A program made the translations under genes and the position numbers. From contig OZ287072.1 of assembly GCA_965645245.1 (NCBI GenBank), positions 744,001-808,000 on the forward strand: 64,000 nt of DNA, read 5' to 3'. This DNA comes from Massalongia carnosa (taxonomy: Eukaryota). The notes beneath the pieces were generated by a model, which saw only the letters and a list, made by a program, of their open reading frames with translations, did not search any database and was not told the DNA's origin. This document shows, in pieces, positions 58,464 to 64,000 of this stretch; within the stretch, counting starts at the first letter, position 1; each line of letters starts with the position of its first letter.

Positions 58464-60530
58464 CTAGATATCAATCTCAATGCCAAAATCCAAGGTAGCG
58501 AATACATCGTCGTCCATGTTACGATGGCCAATTCTTGGTAGACCCGAGATTTTCGGTGCGCTCGGTCGAGGAGTTCCAGCGGGCTTGGGCGTTTCGGCCT
58601 GCATTGGAGACCTCGATCCACCTACGCTCAAGGGAGTCCCAGCACGGCTGGTATCCCTGCTGTTCCCGTCGAAGAGAGCGGCCACAGCACGTGATGAACT
58701 CGGCACAGCAAGTGTGTCAGTGTTGACATCATAGTGAACCTTGGCTCGAGTCTTGACCCGAGCGAAGGGATTCTGAATTGCTTCTCCTCGCTCCACGGCT
58801 TTGCGGGCAATAGCCTCGGCTTTTCTCTCCGCCTGCTGTGCTTTCCGTACGTCTTGAGTGTTTGCTTTGCGGTTAGCGCGGTTGAGCAACGCCAAGCGCT
58901 CTTGCTGGCCCATGCCCGAAGGTCCTGAAGGTTTCGGCACAGGCTTTCGAAGAGATGTTCCAAAGGCCAGCTTTGGTCCGTCTAGAGCTGCCAGTTCCGC
59001 GTCCAGGTTGGCAATGGCTGCTTCGTCACCACGAGCCACGGCGATCTTGCGGCGTTTTGCAATGGCAACCCGTTCGAGGGAAGCAAAACGGTTTTGCCAG
59101 ATGCCGGAACGCACCAGTTTTTCATGGATTTCCTCCTCAGTAAATTGATGATTGATGAGTTTATTGATGTCGTCGACTTTAGATGCTAGAATAGGTTTTT
59201 TAGGAAGCTGCAGTTCCTCGTCGGCCATTGTCTTTTTGTACCGGTTGTATTCCGCCTAAAATGATCAGTATCAAAGCCGTTTAGACGATGAGCTCAACCA
59301 ACCTCTGTAAATTTCGAGTTCGAACAAGCCAAGAATGGCCATTCTTTCTGGGATTTCCCTACAGCGAGAAAGGCGTATTGCTTTGTAATAAAGGTTTTAC
59401 CGGTGGGACCATCCATGGCGTACGGTCGACCTTCGCTGAACCCTGGATTGGGTTAGCAAGCCATGTATGATAGACATGACGCTGCCCACCTTTGATTAAT
59501 GCCATACGGTAGACGTTTTCACCAGTTGCCTTGTCGGGTCCGATATTGACTCGAGTGTAGCAGTTCTTGATAGCATCTTCAAAGCCAGGGTAAAAACAGA
59601 CTTTGGCAAAATTATCTCGACCTATCCGCACACGCTCAAAGTCGACCAGATCTGCCGGCTGGTCGTGACGGACTCCATATTCGCTCGCCTTTGGCTTTCC
59701 ATCGTAGTACTCCACCTCGCTTTCGCCGTCTGCGTCTGCATCGGAACAAGCATCCCCAACTGAGGCACGTCCAGTTCGGTCGTTACGTTCTTCCCCATCA
59801 CGTTTCCGTTGTTCGTGGCGTAAGCCTTTCTGCTCACGCTGACGTTTCAGATTTTCAATAGCATCGGAAGTCTCCCCAACTCTTCGACCGCCAAGTGTGG
59901 TTTTCTGTCGGGCGCTCTTTCGCTGGCCATATTCAAGGTCGGCAGTACCGGCTTTACGCTTCTTCGGGTCATTAGATTTTGATTCGGCATTCCCACGAGC
60001 TAGTAGCATGCGACGGATATAAATGTCTTGGACCTTAAGGTCGTGAAGCTGCGCGCGCTCAGCGAGGATGGACTCGCGTTGGATTTCCGACAGAGCGAGA
60101 ATCTCCGCCTTGTCCTTTTCGGAATAAAACTTGTTCTCTAAGGGAAACATGCTTTCGGATTCAGACTCAGACATGGGAGCGGACTGAAGGGAATAAGGTG
60201 ATCTTGCGGCCGATGAACTAAGATATGAAGTGAGTGTTGGGAATACAAATGGCCTTGCGAGCATGAATATTGACAAACATACGCCTCTCCTTCTTCATCT
60301 GAGTCGTTCGTCTTGCCTCTCTTAGCGACCCGAGTGCCTCCAAGTAACTTGGCCGAGGTCTTGGGTGCAGTGTTGGATCTACTTGCTGATGTGTCGTTCG
60401 GGTTTACGATCGAGGTTCCTACTGAGGAAGGTGGAGATACTGGCTTGGCAGTGGTGGTATTTGGCTGCGCTTCGTCATCAGAGGAATCCCCGCCCGCAAG
60501 GGCGAGTAGTTCCGCATCAAGGTCCGCCAT
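58464..60530 (-). CDS. RTF1: PAF1 complex subunit Rtf1 (Plus-3 domain)
   Basis: MADLDAELLALAG, FPLENKFYSEKDKAEILALSEIQRESILAER, Plus-3 region DFERVRIGRDNFAKVCFYPGFEDAIKNCYTRVNIG, NPFARVKTRAK; GT-AG introns. Confidence 0.92.
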
Positions 60531-61081
60531 TTTGCGCTAGAAAGACACTACTAGAAGTTTTTTCTTGTGAATGATTTGTCAAAGCCTATCAGGTATAGTC
60601 GAATAAAGGAGTGCTTAGAAGAACAGGTTGATTGATAAGGGTAAGTGAAAGTGTAAGCAGAAGACAGCAGATTTCTCGAAGAGAATAGGAAGAAGTAAGA
60701 ACCAGAACCTGGGCAATGAGCTAAAGAGATAGGTTTTATTGGGGAGGCTGAGAGGCTAGGAGGCTGGTAGAGCCTTTCGAAGTGTCGACTCAGTCTATTT
60801 ACTTTGTGTTGAAGCTTGATTATTGAGAGTTAAAGGGAGTTGGAGAGTGCAAGGCTGATGATACCACGCTAGGCGATAGTAGGCAAGCTCGCTTACAAGA
60901 CTTGTACCAACTTAAGCGCACGATTAGTTACCTAAAATAACCAGAGAGTCAAGCGCCAGACGCGGGTCCGCAATTGATGACGTTCTCCCCGTACTCGTAC
61001 AGGGAAAGTATTTTAGTCCCTCGGATCAGATCAGATCATCATCACCAATTAACTGCGGTGGCAGCTATAACCATCAGTACC

Positions 61082-61931
61082 ATGAATGCTAAAGTAGCTC
61101 TATGCCAAACCTATAGACCTCTTATATACCATCAAGCCCCGACATCTGACTTTCTCCTCCCAAGCCTTTTCCGTTCTCTCCAAACCGTCCGCCATGCCTC
61201 GCTTACATCCTCCGCCCCGCCCTCCACCGAGCCAAGCCGCCAAACCCCCGATTACCCACCCCGAGTCAAACGGCGAACCCCGCTCTCCGAAGCACAGCGA
61301 AAATTTCTAGACCGCGCCGTAGGTCCCCTTCCCCCCAAATATTTTGCATTAAACAACAACTCCCCTCTTCAACTAATTCCACCGCCACCTCTTCCAGCTC
61401 CGCGTCAACCAGGCCGGCGAACTCGCCGCAACCCTAATTTACACTGCGCAAACCCCCCCGCTCGTAAAATCGCACCCCCATCTCCGCCCCACGCTGCACC
61501 ACATGTACCAGCAAGAAGCCGGCCACCTCTCGACCTTCAACGCGTTGCTCGCGCGCCACCGCATCCGCCCCACGGCCCTCTACCCTGTCTGGAAAGCCGC
61601 GGCGACAGCGCTAGGGTGGAGCACGGCGATGCTGGGGCGGGAAGCGGCGATGGCGTGCACGGAAGCGGTGGAGACGGAGATCGGCGGGCACTACAACGGA
61701 CAGGTGCGGGAGCTATTAATGTGGCTGCGGGAGGCAGAGGAGCGCGGGGAGGACCTCGGCGCGGAAGTGAGTGGCCTGGTGGAGACGCTGAAGAGGATCC
61801 GGGACGAGGAGCTGGAACATCTGGACACAGCGGTGGGGGCGGACGCCAAGGCGGCGAGGGGGTACGAGGCGCTGAATTGGGTCATTCGCGGGGGCTGCAG
61901 GGGCGCGATCTGGATTAGCGAGAGGGTTTGA
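61082..61931 (+). CDS. COQ7: 5-demethoxyubiquinone hydroxylase (di-iron), 2 exons
   Basis: FLDRA|gtagg..cag|LRVNQAGELAATLIY, EAGHL, MACTEAVETEIGGHYNGQ, RIRDEELEHLD. Confidence 0.95.
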
Positions 61932-61961
61932 ACCCGTTCTTGTCGTTTTCAGCGAATGGGT

Positions 61962-63239
61962 TCAGGCCGCACGGCCAATCCCCCCTCCACGCCCATCCCT
62001 CTCGTCCTCAACGCCCCTAGCTCTCTCGCCGCCTTCCCCTTCTTCATCTTTATCCCAAGGCAGCCAACCCCTCCAAACCTCCCTACCACTCTCCCCTCCC
62101 TCCCACTCCAGCAACCCCACCACCCACTCCCTCCCTCTCGCAACCTCCCAATTCACATCCCCTGCCCGCCACCCTCTCCCCCTCCTCTTCGCACCCAACA
62201 CATTCCCCTCCCCATACCAGTCCCCGCTCCAAGCCTCCCACCCATTCCTCCTCTCCCCCTCCTCTAGCTTCCGCCGCGGACTCACCTCCTCCGGCGGATC
62301 GATCCCTACGAACTGCATTTTCGAGCCCGGAAAGCGGATCGCCGGGACGTGCAGCTCGAGGAAGCGCCGACGCTTGAAGGCGTGTGTGATTAAGGTGACG
62401 GAATGGGGCGGGCGCTGGGTGGGATGGAGGGCGGTGAAGAGGAGGAGGGGAAAGAGAAGGTTTTGAAAGGAGTCGGTGGCGTAAGGATCGGTGGTTAGGT
62501 ACGTGCTTGGGGATGGAGGGAGCGGGTGCATGGTTAAGGCTAGGTTCTGTAGGGGGGGGGAGGTCGCGCGTTAGAGGAGGCATAAGGGGAAGAAAGTGTT
62601 TTCGCAAAGAGGGGAAGTAGTAGGAATGGGGGGGAAAGGTAAAAATAGACGGACCAGATAACTCTCACTCTCCGTCAAGGGGGTTCGATCCCTTTTCGTT
62701 GCGCCCCTGTCTCGCAACCATCCCCTACGTTTAACCTAGTTTCTGCTCTCTTTTCCCTTTCCTTCCTTTTTCTCTCCTAAACTTCACCTCGCCTTCCCCT
62801 CACAAGCAACGCAAGAGAAAAAGGGCAAAGACCACCCCCCAGAAACAAAACTCACCCTGAGAAAACACACAGCGAATCTGGTCTCTCGCGTAAGGCCTCT
62901 AGTGCCGCGTGAATATGCGTAATGAACGTTGGCGTTTCTCCGCACTGGAACGGTTCAATGGCCCTAGTGTGTATGTATGTATCAGGGGGGTTTTTATGTT
63001 ATTTGTCCGTTTCATGTTTTATAGGGTTGGGAATATTCATAGTGGGAGGGGAGGGTTGGTTCGGGGGTTAAAGGGACCAGAGGAGGAAAAGGAGGGAGAG
63101 AGGGAGGGAGGGAGGTTTACCACTCGGATTCGTCGATGCCATTGGTGGGGCCGCCGAGGTGGATGGCGTGGCAGCAGACGATGATGAGGTGGTTTAGAAG
63201 AGGGGAGGGGACGATGGTTGGTGAGCTTGGGTTGCTCAT
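61962..63239 (-). CDS. YOR238W/DUF218-like conserved fungal protein, multi-exon
   Basis: [77 protein letters not shown]. Confidence 0.8.
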
Positions 63240-63736
63240 GGTTTATATGTCTTTGGGTTGAGAGAATTTGGTAGTATGTCGATCAGATCGTGGAGAAAAA
63301 TTGCAAGTCTTGATCACTGAAGGCAAACGTACATATTGGATATCACACCAAACCTCCAGTTTTATCAATAGTGTTATTCATCAAACTATCATAATTAAGT
63401 ATATACAAGCGATCCCCAGAGCAGAATGCAATAGAACATCCTGCTCATTTGCGCCCATTCAACGCTCCGAGCATGCTGAAGGTATCCCCTTTCCTTTTTG
63501 ATGCCCAAAGTCGGAACAAAGCGCCAACAATCCTCCGAACAACCGTTTATTCAGGGTGCCTGTGCCCAGCGCTGATTGCAATGCCGCTAAGAATTAAACC
63601 CTCCACCAAAGGGTGAACCTCCCAAGCACAAGAAACCCGCAGATACGCGTACAAAGCAATGCTCATATGCACAGAGACGGCAAGGCATACTAGAGTACAT
63701 ATCTGAGACGCTGGGATGCACGAAAGGAAAGAGTGT

Positions 63737-64000
63737 TTACTCGTGCAGAAAGGTGCAGTCATCTCCCTTCCTGCATTTCCCTTCCTGCCAAAACTTGCAA
63801 GGGAGCCGGGGAACACCATAGTACTAGAATAACGCATGTAGTTAGCCATGCTCGTATATGATATTGTCTGAACGAGTTAAGCTCACCTTCTTCTTGGTAA
63901 CGTCGGCTTTCTGGCGTTTCCCCTTTGCATAGCCGTATTCCCCACTATTTTGGTCCTCGTACTCTAGTTGACGTTTACGATCATTTTCGGCCTGGAAAGT
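63737..64000 (-). CDS. 3' end of a CCCH zinc-finger protein (continues beyond the window)
   Basis: ..KRQKADVTKKK|gtgagc..ctaac..tag|YYGVPRLPCKFWQEGKCRKGDDCTFLHE*. Confidence 0.85.

Noticed and set aside
62675..62700. tRNA T-loop-like GGTTCGATCCC
   Set aside because: Lies in a coding exon of the DUF218-like gene; no cloverleaf.

Overview
Eukaryotic DNA from a filamentous ascomycete (Pezizomycotina; GT-AG introns with CTRAC branch sites). A lichen-forming Lecanoromycete is plausible but not demonstrable from the sequence. Two blocks of conserved housekeeping genes sit at the ends. Left: IDP1, C1-THF synthase ADE3/MIS1, eIF3i TIF34. Right: OSH3, an IFRD-domain gene, RTF1, COQ7, a YOR238W/DUF218-like gene and the 3' end of a CCCH-finger gene. 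Between them lies a ~42 kb gene-poor, accessory-looking interval. It holds a C2H2-finger + cage-less chromodomain gene, a WW-domain gene, a DIP5-like permease, a secreted SBP56/methanethiol-oxidase-like propeller, an uncharacterised membrane protein, and an intact two-gene PIF/Harbinger (PHIS) transposon with TIRs, apparently nested in an older MITE-like element. It also holds a hydrophobin-like Cys-rich protein, an intronless six-repeat FG-GAP/lectin-like beta-propeller, several pseudogenes, a diverged ~560 bp dispersed repeat pair and an alpha/beta-hydrolase-NACHT-WD40 NLR. All calls come from reading the sequence; no database searches were run. No tRNA, rRNA or CRISPR array was seen.
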